Positions 33,161-46,946 of a DNA stretch of 64,000 nucleotides are shown piece after piece (position 1 is the stretch's first letter; the number at the start of each line of letters is the position of its first letter). This DNA comes from Octopus vulgaris. Lineage: Eukaryota. A program made the position numbers and the translations under genes. The notes under the pieces are model-generated. The model was not told the DNA's origin, ran no database searches, and saw nothing but the letters and a program-made list of their open reading frames with translations. The DNA lies in contig OX597822.1 of the NCBI GenBank assembly GCA_951406725.2, forward strand, positions 18,042,001-18,106,000. Direction: 5' to 3'.

Positions 33161-33284
33161 TTGGGGAAATTTCTAACCCCAAGATTCCAAGTTCGATTCC
33201 AGGCAGTGACCTGAATAATAATGATAATAATAATAATAATAATAATAATACCAACAACAACAACGACAACAACAACACCATCAT

Positions 33285-33560
33285 CATCATCATCATCATT
33301 GTTTAACATCCGTTTTCCATGCTAGCAAGGGTTGGACGGTTCGACTGGGGTCTGGGAAGCCAAAAGGTTGCACCAGGCTCCAGTCTGATCTGGCAGTGTT
33401 TCTACAGCTTGATGCTCTTCCATAACGCCAACCACTACACTAGTGTAGTGGGTGCTTTTTACGTGCCAGGCGATGCTGACAACGGCCACGATCGGTTGGT
33501 GCTTTTTATGTACCACCAGCATGGAAGTCAGTCAAGGCGGCGCTGGCATTGGCCACGTTT
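33285..33560 (-). mobile_element. RTE 3' tail inside the composite element
   Basis: Reverse complement of the standard RTE tail with (GAT)n. Confidence 0.85.
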
Positions 33561-33618
33561 TGATGGTAACATCGAAAAATACTTTAGGAATGAGAACCCA
33601 GGTTCGACATTTCCCCAA

Positions 33619-33664
33619 GACACCTGATGAAGGCTGGAAGGTATATCAGCCAAAATGTTGTGTT
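33619..33664 (+). ncRNA. Minimal hammerhead motif, core-mutated (GAAA>AAAA)
   Basis: GACAC | CTGATGA A | GGCTGG-AAGGTATA-TCAGCC | AAAA TGTT | GTGTT; inverted partner of 33115-33160. Confidence 0.65.
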
Positions 33665-35611
33665 AATAACAAACAAGATGAGGAAAAATATCCATCAATT
33701 GTAAATAATGTACAGTGAATTTATGCTTATTTTTTTTACCTTTAATCCTTACAATTCATAAGCAAAAAAGCATTGATGCCATATCAAGTCTATTTCTGCT
33801 CAGAATCAATAAATCCTGATACCAGGAAACTGGTAAAAGGTAAAAGATAAAAGATTACTGGCTCTTGTGAGCTACATTAGTAATTTACTGGCTGTAGTAA
33901 GCCTTCAGGTAAAGCTACATGGTACACAGTAAACAGTCATGTAGCTTGTTGATTTGTCAAGCTCCACATGTGCCAAACGTGTTTGTCAAAAATGAAGCAA
34001 CAATCATTCTGCAATAAATTGATGTATATAACCAGAATCTATTCCGTCTTTTGCTACCAGATTTCTGTTAAAGTATGCAGCTTTTGTTTGAATTAATTTT
34101 GAAAATAATAAAATAATGACTGAGTGATTATTCAGCTGTAGTTTAGAACATGAATGAACGTGAAAATTTTCTGGACAGTTTTGATGGAGGTCACTTTAAA
34201 ACAGGAAGTTTGTATCACAGAACCAGATGCAGTCTCAGGCTGGTTGGTGACATCACTGTAATTAGTCACTGAAAAGTATTTCTAATAAATATTTTCAAAA
34301 TGAATCAATAAATATAACTTATAGTAAACATTTCCAGAAAGACATTAATGAAGATTGTGGTGATTGGAACAAGCATCAAGTATGGTATTTGTGAATAAAT
34401 GAAAGCGTGTGTGTGTGTGTCTGTGTGAAGTCATATTTACAGAAAAAAATTTTCGTTTCTCTTTTTCTCTCTTCTCTTGATTTCTACCCTAATTGTCAGT
34501 GCCAGCTTTGTCGCATAGAATCGCAGTAATTCAACATCAGATGTTTGCAATCAGGGTATGTGTCTTACAGCATACAAACAAAATCATGACCACCATAGGT
34601 GCAGTTATAGTTGTGGGGTTAAGGAGATTCCATTGCAACCTCCTGTTTTTGGGTTCATTCCCACCACATGCCACTTTCAGCAGGTTTTTTTCTGCTTTAA
34701 CCTCAAGCTAACCAATGCCTTGTGAGTGAATTTGGTAGATGAAAATGGTACAGAAGCCTATTATATGTAGATAAATATTTATACATGTGTGTGTGTGTGT
34801 GTGTGTGTTTCTGGTGTTTGCCACTTGACAACAGGTGTTAGTTTGTTTTCATCCACCATGACTTAGCTGTTAGATGAAGGAGATGGATAGAATAAGCAAC
34901 AACCAGACTTTAAAAGAAAACAGTTCTGGGGGTTTGACCAAGTAAACTGTCGAAAGTGGTTCTTCAGCAAAAGCTGCAGTTCAATGGCTGAAACAAGCAA
35001 AAGAGAAGACGTAGAAGAAAGCACAGCATTTCATAAGAATTCTGTTGATACGATTGATAACATTGTTTCAGTGAGAGAGCTATTGAGAAAGAGATTAGAG
35101 CTATATATGTCATGAGTTAATACTAATACATCAAAGTTAAGAGTATTATCAATAAATAACATGATATTGTGGACGAAGGAAGCTGAGAAACAATGATTTA
35201 CTTTGCGGACTAAACTAACCAACTGAATTAAATCCATTCTATCACTTCTTCATCAATGACTTCCATTCAGGAAAGAATTACAAAAACAAAATTCAACTTT
35301 TTTCTTGAATAAATCCATTGTTTTCTCAACATTTATCAATTATTCAATATTTCTCCAGAATTTTAGGTTTTCTTTCTTTCAAGAATGAAAAAAATTAAAA
35401 CAGAAATTTACCCCAACCACAGTTTGATAAGTCCAACATATCGCAAGAGGGAAAGATTTGGTGTAAATACTTCTTTGTTTTTTGTTTTTTTGTAAGTGTA
35501 TGTGTATGTGTATGCATGCACTTGTGCATGAGTGCGTGTGTGTATGTGTGTATTTATACACACGCACACACACATGCACACATGTATGTCCATATGTTTC
35601 TATACACATAT

Positions 35612-36508
35612 GGAGAGCTCCTGCCTCTGCAGGCAACAAAGAGCCTCTCGCTCAGAGTGAAAGGTAGATTGTATGATGCCTATGTGCATATGCTACACAA
35701 CAGTGAAACATGGGCTGTGACAGCTGAGGACATGTGTAAGCTTGCAAGGAATGAAGCCAGTATGCTTTGCTGGGTGTGCTATGTCAGTGTGCACGTTCAA
35801 CAGAGTGTAAGCATCTTGAGAGAAAAGTTTGGCAAAAGAGGCATCAGATGTGGTGTGCAAGAGAGATGATGGTCATGTGATGAGTATGGACAAGAACAAC
35901 TGTGTAAAGAAGTGCCAATCTCTATCCGTAGCAGGAACCTGAGGTAGATCCAGGAAGACATGAGACCCGGTGAAGCATGATCTTCAAACTTTGGGCCTCA
36001 CAGAGGCAATGACTAGTGACTGAGACCTTTGGTGATACGCTGTGCTTGAGAAGACCCGTCAAGCCAATTGAAATTGTAGTCATGGCTGATCTTGGTGGCA
36101 CATAAAAAGCACCTTTTGAGTGTTGGGCCTCACAGAGGCAACGTGGCTGATGCTGGTGGCACATGAAATGCACCTTTTGCGTATTGACTTCTCAGAGGCA
36201 ATTACAAATAACCAAGACCTTTGGTGTTATGTTGGGCTTGAGAAGAAGAGCCATCAAACTGAGTAAATATGCAGTTATGGCAGATACTGGTGTCATGCAA
36301 AATGACACCCATGCCAGTGATACATAAAAGCATCCATTACATTCTCGGAGTGGTTGGCATTAGGAAGGGCATCCAACCATAGAAACCATGCCAAATCAGA
36401 CTGGAGGTTGGTGAAGCCTTCCAGCTTGCCAGACCTGGGCAAACCATCCAACCCATGCCAGCATGAACAACGGATGTTAAATGATGATGATGATGATGAT
36501 GATGATGA
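35612..36508 (+). mobile_element. RTE/BovB-type LINE 3' part (ORF remnant, 3' UTR with internal duplications, (GAT)n tail)
   Basis: ELLPLQATKSLSLRVKGRLYDAYV..MLHNSETWAVTAEDMCKLARNEASMLCW. Confidence 0.9.
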
Positions 36509-37370
36509 CATGTGTGTATCTTTACATATACATATATGTGTATATATATACACTCACATATTTATATCATCATCATCATCATTAAACGTCCGCTTTCCAT
36601 GCTAGCATGGGTTGGACGATTTGACTGAGGACTGGCAAATTAGATTGCTGCGCCAGGCTCCAATTAATATTTGTATATGCTTATATATAATAAATATGTA
36701 TGCGTGAGTGTATTTATATTCTCTTCTTATTTTCTCCTTTTACTTGTTTCAGTCATTAGACTGTGGCCATACTGGGGCATTGCCTTGAAGGGTTTTCATT
36801 GAACAAATTGGCCCCGTGACTTATTTTTCAAGCCTAGTACTTATTCTATCAATCTCTTTTTGCCAAACTGCTTTTCCTCTTTTTCCTCACACAGCTGTCC
36901 TCCTCCATACACATCATACCTGTATGACACCTCAATCCCAAAAGCCCTACACAATTCCCAGCCCCTAAACTCACCCTGCATATGTTTTCATCAAATTCTT
37001 GCCCTCTTACACCAACTCAGACACAAACTGGAAGTGACATTTTTCACCCCTATTAATGAAGAATGCTCACCATATGTTTTACCATCGATGCCATCTCTAA
37101 AGACTACATGCTATATTTAAACTGTGCTTTAATCTAATATCTGTTTATTTAATACCTCGGGCGAAACCAATCAGTAAAATCAGTTGAAATGAATCTATAA
37201 TACTGTATACTTTGACTAATACACACACACACACACAGAAGAGTGGACAAGTGAGAGAAAAAAGCATTCAAGATGTTTAGTAGGAGTCATACTTATTATG
37301 ATTTAAGGCAGTTGCGACTTAAAGTTTCATAACCCATGAAATTGCATGAGGCCAATCAAACTGTTTTAAA

Positions 37371-37596
37371 TAATAATAATAATAACCCTTTCTACTGTAG
37401 GTATAAGGCCTGAAATTTGGTGGAGGGGAATAGTCAATTACATCGACCCCAGTACTTAACTGATACTTAATTTATTGACTCCAAAAGATGAAAGGCAAAG
37501 TCAACCTTGGCGGAATTTGAACTCAGTACACGAAGACAGACAAAATCCCACTAAGCATTTTGCCCAGCATGCTAACTATTCTGCCAGCTCATCACC
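37371..37596 (-). mobile_element. SINE family B with alternative 3' tail, inside (TAA)n
   Basis: Same head and body as 10537-10762, but the tail is ...ttcccctccaccaaatttcaggccttatacctacagtagaaagggttattatt. Confidence 0.85.
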
Positions 37597-37598
37597 TA

Positions 37599-37630
<32 letters not shown>

Positions 37631-38286
37631 CGATAACAGCACTCAAACACACAGAAGGGGCCTGTAATTGTGGCAATTTGCTTGAGATGATGTGTTAAGC
37701 TAATTAAAATTGTTGTCATCCATACAGACAGGCTTGTCGTTTACTGGTGGCAGTGTCATGTAAAATGCACTCGTGCCCGTGCAGCATAAATGCACCCATG
37801 CCAGTGGCACATCAATAGCACCCAGTCCACACTCTGTAAAGTGGTTGGCATTAGGAAGGCGACCCAGTTGTAGAAACCATGTTACAACAGTCAATTTGGA
37901 GTCTGGACAGCTACCGAGCTGGCCAGCTCCTGTCAAACTGTCCAACCCATGCTAGCATGGAAAACGATTATTAAATGATCATGATTAGGATGATTTTAAT
38001 TATTCTATTTCATAAAACCGAAAAAAAAACCCCAAAAAACAAATGTAAGAACTAATACAACTCATTGATTTGTAATTTTACTTCGTATTTCTCTGCTTGA
38101 ATTTGCGAAGACCGTTTTCAGGAAATATTTGGAAAAACTAAAAGTACAAACCATCAACCAGTATAATTTCTTATAAATGACACTGACTTAATAAGAAAAA
38201 ATAAAAACGTTTATATACATCAGAAAATTCTTCATGCAAAATATACCACTCTAATACATACATACATACATACATACATACATACA

Positions 38287-38356
<70 letters not shown>

Positions 38357-38439
38357 TAGATAGATAGATAGATAGATACATATACATATATATACATATA
38401 TATATACACACATATATATATATATCTATATATATACAA

Positions 38440-38483
<44 letters not shown>

Positions 38484-38577
38484 TTATATATATGGGGACA
38501 AATATATGAGTGCTTATTTTACTAGATTCATAATTGACTATCTATATATAAATGGTTTGTGTGTATGTGTGTGTGCA

Positions 38578-38613
<36 letters not shown>

Positions 38614-40052
38614 GGTTTGTATATGTAAGTATGTATGATGGAAAACAAGAGAATGAATGTGAAATATTGTTTAGCGAAGGAAGCATAAATATCTGACGGA
38701 ACTAATGCACGTAGAGAACATTTGGAACAAATTGCAGCTACCAGTGGAGTGACATGGTGGCATGGCACAGCAAGGAAGATAGAGAAACAAACACTGCTTC
38801 CCAATGAGCTGGTGGTGGTGGTGGTAGGAAAGAAGAAGCCATTATAAAGTTAATCATGTGGCCTCTTGAGCTGCCTTGGAGAGCAATGTAATGTGTAAAA
38901 GTTATTTTGAAAAATCATTTGAAACCTTTTTTTGTCAGTTGAGTGTAGACTGGACTTGGAGATCAAAGAAACTAAATTTTGAAGCCTGGCAAAGATACTT
39001 TGAGAAATAATGGCAATAAATCAAAGTAGGAAGCCAGCAAATGTCCATGGGATTCTCACCATCAATTGGATGCTAAAAAAACAAAGCTGTGTGTCAGTGT
39101 GTCTGTATATTTCACTTACACACACACACACATGCATATTCACTTGAGTATGTTTATGGGTGTGTATGCATGTATGTATGTACAAGCATATTCTCTCACA
39201 TGCAGACATACATACATATGCACACACATATACGTATACATATATATACGTGTGTGTTTGTGTATATAATATCTATATCTATCTTTCTCTTCCACCCCCC
39301 TCTCTCTCTCACTGATATATTGCTTTCACTCAGAAAAAAAAATGGATATTTCAGTGAAGCACAATCACTTGTGTGTGTTTGTGTGTTTATGTATATTTTG
39401 CTTATACAGTTACTTGTATCGTAATCCATTCCACGTGAACGGTGTAGATGCAGAGGAGGAGGGGAGGAGGAATGAAAGAAAAAAAATAGCACACACAATA
39501 TAACGCCAATGCCACATTTCTGTTGTTTTTGCAGTTGTTGTTGTTGTTGTTGTAAGAAATCTGTCTCTACTTTCTGTATTGTCTGTGTGTCCAATCAAGT
39601 CATTATATTGTTAGGAGCAGCGATGTCCTTTAGTTGTTTGATCAAACGATCAGACACTTCAGTTTAATGTGCGTTGTTATTATCACTACTACTACTACTA
39701 CTACATAAACACAGACATCTCTTATACATTCTATAATGTTCTGTAATGAGTAACATTTGAAACCAAACAAAATCACAAAAGAAACACAAACACACACAAA
39801 AAGGAAAAAAAAAAACAACTAAGAGAATAACTGATTCTGTAGTTTTTATGAGGTGTGGCTTGTTTCATTGTCCAGTACTTTGGTGACTTGACTTAATCCA
39901 TAATAACTTCAAATACTCTTGGTAACCATCTTGGTAGGTTTTGAGGTCCCCACCGATGCATTATGAGTGGGATTTCATTTTATTGGTAGAAATTGTGCTG
40001 AAACCACCTGCACACACACACACACACACACGTGTGTGTGTGTTTATGTAAG

Positions 40053-40435
40053 CAGGCATGGTTGTGTGGAAAGAACTTTGCTCCCCCACTGCATGGTTCC
40101 AAGTTCAATTCCAGTGTGTAGCATCTTGGGTTTCTTCTATTATAGCCTTGGGGTAACCAAAGCCTTATGAGTGGATTTGGTAGAAGGAAACTGAAAGAAG
40201 CCTACCTATTTGTGTGTGTGTCTTTGTGTTCATGTTTGTTATCTACCACTACTTGACAACTAATGTTGGTGTGTTTAGGTCCCAGTAACTTAGCAGGTCA
40301 ACAAAAGTAACTGATGGAATAATTATCAGGCTTAAAAAACTTAAGTATTGGGGTTGATTTGTTTGGTTAGATTTCTTCAAGGTGTTGCTCAAGTATGGCC
40401 ACAGTCTAAGGACTAAAACAAGTAAAAGATAAAAG
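40053..40435 (+). mobile_element. SINE family A (near full length, decayed)
   Basis: Colinear with 21502-21893. Confidence 0.82.
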
Positions 40436-40787
40436 ATGTATAATGAAAGGAATGAAGAAAGGAAAAAGACATGTGTGTGTGTGGGTGTGTATGTGGGTGT
40501 GTGTATGTGTGTGTGGGTGTGGAGGTGTATGTGGGTGTGTGTGTGGGTGCATTGTGTGCACATGCACACGTGTATATGTAGAAAGATAGAGAGAGAGAGA
40601 CAGAGAGATGAAAGCAGTTTCTATACTAAGAAGTAATGTTTATCTTCACCTGTACCTGGATGTTCTATAAGAACAGATGATGATGCTATTTTAAGCCCAG
40701 GGGCATGCCTGGTCAATCAGTGCACTTTGAACTCAATACATATTGCAAGCAGGGAGAGAACTCCCTACTATCCTAGCTCAGAGACTG

Positions 40788-40835
40788 CCATATGATCATG
40801 TGATTTTGATCTCAATTGATCATCCTCAGTAATGG
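40788..40835 (-). ncRNA. Degenerate hammerhead motif
   Basis: CCATTA | CTGAGGA T | GATC-AATTGA-GATC | AAAA TC-ACAT-GA TC | ATATGG. The core G is lost and helix I is only partly paired. Confidence 0.4.
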
Positions 40836-41376
40836 ATGCTTGTCTGCCTAACCCCATCTTGCACTGTATATAGAAAATCAGTGTCTCACAGTCACTGCTT
40901 TTGCAGCAATAAGCAAACTGCTTCATTTAGAAAATCTCTGTTAGAGAGGGAAGCAAAATTTCAACTGAGAAACAATGTTTATCACAACCTAAACATGGCT
41001 GTTCTATAAGAACAAATTGATACTGTTATTTTGATTCCAGGAGAACACTTTCTCCAGCTGGTTATTCATTTATTACCTATGTAATTTGCATGATTTTCAA
41101 CAAAAATGAGCTGTTGCAACAAGTTATGGAAATGTCCAAATTTGGGGAAAAAAATCCTCAAAATATTTTTTTCTATAATAACCAAAAATAAATAAATAAA
41201 TAAATAAAAAATGAAGAAAAGCCAGAAATTGTATTAACTCTAAAGAAAAATTGTTTGATAGTTAACTGAATCACTATTTCAAAATATATTTTGTTGATAT
41301 ATTCACTGTAGCAGCTAGACAGCTAGGTTGATAATATAATGCACCCACACTCACACGCATACAAACACACACGCAC

Positions 41377-42340
<964 letters not shown>

Positions 42341-43216
42341 ATGATGTTTTGAAAACACTTTTTATTTCAAATATATTTACCTCGTCTGTCCAAGTCTTTT
42401 GTATTTGTCAACAAAGAGCATCAGAAGCATTCACATCACATGAATCACAAATAACAACATTTTTACCAAATAATAAAGCCTGCATGTAGAAATCGATATT
42501 TACAATTTGTAAAATATATCTAATAATTCATTCATCACATTCTATAACAATGTGCCCTTCTGTCTGCAAGCTTCAGAACTGCTGCTGCTGCTGTTGCCGG
42601 TGTTGTTTTTGATGACTCTTTTTATGACATTGGAATAGCAACGGACAAGTGCAGGCATGTCAAACAAACAAAAACAGTTTCTGCAATCGATCTGACGATC
42701 AGAACATATGTATAATAATTTCAATGCATGCACACACACATACACATAAATATACATAAATATATAAACATACAAATATGTATATGTGTGTGTATGTGTG
42801 TAGATATATGTAAATATGTGTGTGCGTATGTGTTTATATGTATGTATATCAAATAAATTGCCTTTACGAGATGTCCAGGCTCAATGTTTTGATTGACATT
42901 CCACTCCTATACCGATGTCACATTGGAATCATATTATTCATGTGGAGGTAGCTAAGATTGTCAGGAATAGGACTCCCGTAATATTTGAATTATGACAGAA
43001 ACCAATTATTGGTATTTTGAATGCATTTAATGATGCCCATCTTTCATGTGGTTACTTAATGAGTGGTTCCACTGTTATCCACTTTCTTCGGTTATTTTCT
43101 GACTTAGGATAATCAAAGCAGGTGGAGAACTGCGTAACAACATGTGTAACCACCTGAAACATGCATGTGTCATTCAATGTTTTTTTATATAGAAATAATT
43201 GGTTTTTCTTATTATT

Positions 43217-43267
<51 letters not shown>

Positions 43268-43408
43268 ACATATCCATCTTGCAAGCATAGAATGACAGAC
43301 AAAAGTGATGTTGAAGATAGTACAAAAAGCCCAAACATTAACACTCTGGCATACTCATACAAACACATGTATCCATACACTGAGAGAGCTACACATTCAC
43401 AAATCCTG

Positions 43409-43468
<60 letters not shown>

Positions 43469-43591
43469 CTTCCTTTTTTATGGAACTCTGGGAATGTGGA
43501 AGGTATCCCCTTCTAAAGACCCAAGGTGACTCTATACAAAGCTACTCTCACTGTATTTAGTTTGAGTTGGGTTGGTTGTCAAACTGTTGCT

Positions 43592-43649
43592 GTGACCCTG
43601 AAGATAGCTTGCAGGAGTCAGCAGTGTAAGTTGAAATTACTGTGGTCAT
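43592..43649 (+). ncRNA. Degenerate hammerhead motif
   Basis: GTGACC | CTGAAGA T | AGCTTGCA-(11 nt)-TGTAAGTT | GAAA TTACTGT | GGTCAT. Helices I and II pair; helix III and the cleavage site are imperfect. Confidence 0.45.
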
Positions 43650-44469
43650 CATGTCACATGCTTCTCTTCCAAGACACATTATTGCTCCCTTGAGCTTTCT
43701 GTTTGTCATAAATCCTTTTATTCTAACTTCTTTCCTCAAATTGCTGCTTTCTGGAACTTACAACCATCATCTTCGTTTTTTCTGCTCTATCTTATTCAGT
43801 CCTTTAAACATTCTGTCAATTGACAGTTTTTCAATTTATAGCCCTTTATTACTTTGATAGGTTCTAATATTTTAATAAAAGAAGTTTGTATCATAGAACC
43901 AAGGGATCATCTCTGCAGGTTGATATAAAAAAAAAAATTAAGGTTCAATTGCACTCTGCAGCATTTTGCATGACGATTTTCTGCAACAGCCTCACATTGC
44001 CCAAAGCTTTAGGAGAGCAATTTAATTAAGAGAACACTGCCTGAAGGCTCATTGGAGGGATTATTTTTGTTTTGTGTGTGTGTGTGTGTGTGCGAGAGAG
44101 AGACAGAGAGATGAGAGTAACAGTATGTCTGGTTCTTGAGTGCCTTTCATAGGATCCATTGTGTTGCAAACATTCTGTCCAGGTCATTGGGATGTGGATA
44201 ACTTCCATCGTTTTGCACTAGTCTGAAAGACCCTAATCAAGGGTCATGGATGCTTCTCATGGATGATTAACCCATTTGTCACTACATTTCTGTTGAAATC
44301 CACTGCCTTTCTTTCAGTTAATTTCAAAACTAATGAAGGATTCAGTGAAATAATTTTGTGAAAATTAAGCTGGCTTTTGAAACATAAACTAATCTGAAAT
44401 TTCAAAGGTTTTAATTTAGTTCCCTTTAAAACAAGAAGTCTTAATCCTAGAGCCAGAGGACCTTTGTCA

Positions 44470-44910
44470 GCCACTCTCCAGCTATCTACTTAAAACTGTA
44501 TGTGACAGTGGTACGTCCACATTTGGAACTCGCATCACCAGTCTGGAACCCCTGTCTTGCTCAGCATATCAATCTCCTGGAAACCGTTCAGAAATGTGCA
44601 ATGTCTTGCTTCCCTGAGCATGGACATATTAAAGCTCCAATGTCTGACAACTGACTTGGTTGACACCCACAAGATTATCCACCATTTTTCCAACAACAAT
44701 CTTGGGCACCTTTTTGAATTCCATATGACAAACACTCGTGAATATGCTTATAAAATCAAAAATCAACACAGCACCCCTGACTTTTGGAAACATTTTTTCA
44801 CATTCAGAATTGTGTTGAAGCATGGAATAAACTACCTGCATCAGTTGTTAGCTGTTGAGACACTACAAAACTTCCATGCTTCCTGAAATCCGCCAGCAAT
44901 ACACCTGATG
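44470..44910 (+). mobile_element. Decayed CR1-type LINE 3' fragment inserted in a piggyBac-like MITE
   Basis: LKLYVTVVRPHLELASPVWNP...INLLETVQKCA...NTREYAYKI...KHFFTFRI resembles a CR1 ORF2 C-terminus. Confidence 0.8.
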
Positions 44911-46838
44911 GTATCTTTTTTCCTTATTTGTGGTACACATGAGCACTGTATGCAACAATTTCTTTCATATGATCTAAAAAGGGTTAAACAAGATGTTATA
45001 ACACATGTAGTTTGTGCCAGCCAAGTTCTTCAATCACTTGATGTTTATTCTGCACAGCTCTTAAGAATAACAAGTTAATGTTGTTCAACTGTAAACCATG
45101 TACTGAATAAATTACAGAATACTTCCAGAATTTTTAGGAAGCTGATAGTATTCTCTGTGAGTAGTATTTTAAAAGCTGGCAGTGTTTTATATTCCATAAA
45201 AGACTCATTATTCATTTTTTATAAATTTTTTCTCTGAAAAATACATACCACTCCTGTTTACTGCCAGTAAGAATATAGTCTTTATAAAATACCTCTTCCA
45301 ACATTCTGTACATTTGCCTACATTTACAGAGCAACTTACTCCACATTACTGATGGTAAAATGGACATTAAAAAATACTATTAAGAAAGTCATGTAGAAAA
45401 AAATATGATATTGGTATGATATTATCATTTCATAAAACTTGAAGAACAACACAATTTTATAGTTTGTTTCGTTGGTTTGTATGTTTTTTCTTGATTATTT
45501 TTTTTTATAGTTTGTTTAGCTGGTTTTTATTTTTTCTTGATTATTCTATTTTTTTCTATCTTGACATGGGTTGGATAGTTCTAGAAATATAGAAATTTCT
45601 CTTAAAATTTTATCTTTTGAATAATTTTATTACTTCTGTAATTTATATTTCCTTTTTTACTACATGAAAATGTGAAGGCGGCTGAGAGGTTAGCAATTTC
45701 TCTAATATTTCTGGCACTGCTTTGTAGCTATGGTGAAATTACTGTGCACATTTAGTTCTGAGTCCTTGCTTCAAATTTTGGCACAAGAAATTCAGATAGA
45801 TGGGGGTTAGTAACTTACATAAACCCCTGTACATGACTGACACTTTATTTTATTAACCCCAAAAGGATGAAAGGTACAGCTGACTTCATCTGGATTTGAA
45901 CTCAGAACAAAGCAGAAAGAAATATTGTTAAGCAGTAATTCCAGTGTGTTAAAGATCCTGCCATCTGACCACATTTTAAGTACAGCTCATGCTGAGTATG
46001 GATCATTAAGTCCTCTCTTTCACTTGCTTTGGAACTTCAAACCCCTGATGGGTAGCTCTGTTTCTGACAGAGTACCTCAACCCCTGAGGGAGTACCTCTG
46101 CTCCTAATAGAGTACCCAGTCCCTGATTGAGTCATACAGTGTCATCATGGCATCATCAAACCTGGCAACGACAAACCTTCTACAGAGGTTTTTGACCTCT
46201 ACAGATTTCTTCCAGAAATTGAGACATAAAGAGAAGAATCGCTTCCAGGATTTTATTTATCAAATCCAGAAAGATGGAAGGCAAGATTTGAACTTAAGCA
46301 AAATGACCTGGAACAACCATTACAAGACGATTTGTCCAATGTTGAAAGAATTGAAGCAGTTCACTTTCTGGTGCCACCAAGTAGGAGAATCTCATTGCTC
46401 CAAGCAGCAACTCACCTTCAAGACTCGAAGACAGGTTTCCTGGTTTGCCGTGCTGCATTTAGTTACTCATATGAAAACAATCAGCTCCAATAGGCCAACT
46501 TGTTGTTCAACGTGACATTTGTACCATGAAATTTTATCACAGAAACTGAAGATAAACACAAACCATAAGGACTGAAGAGAACAATTAAGAGGGATAGACT
46601 AACGAATTGCTAAATGAACCCTGATTAGTCAATAACAGCCATTACCTCAGTAATGTAACAAAAATTTCTCTCCTCTGACCATCTTCATTGAAGTGCTGCT
46701 GCAATTACTTAGGTGTTGGTCACAGCAGTGGTGATGGTAGTGGTATTGGTATGGTGGTGATGATGATGGTGATTGTGATCATCATCATCATCATCATTGA
46801 AATATAACCAAAGAAGTCTTCTATTAATGTTCCTTCAG

Positions 46839-46938
46839 NNNNNNNNNNNNNNNNNNNNNNNNNNNNNNNNNNNNNNNNNNNNNNNNNNNNNNNNNNNNNN
46901 NNNNNNNNNNNNNNNNNNNNNNNNNNNNNNNNNNNNNN
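46839..46938. other. Assembly gap (100 N)
   Basis: Run of N; the true distance and orientation across it are unknown. Confidence 1.
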
Positions 46939-46946
46939 ATATATAT

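Larger units (their letters stand above)
33032..33712. mobile_element. Composite Penelope-like non-autonomous element with inverted hammerhead-bearing ends
   Basis: ~106-bp inverted arms (33065-33170 and 33609-33714) and a 12-bp direct repeat CAGTGAATTTAT at 33020-33031 and 33713-33724. Confidence 0.72.
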
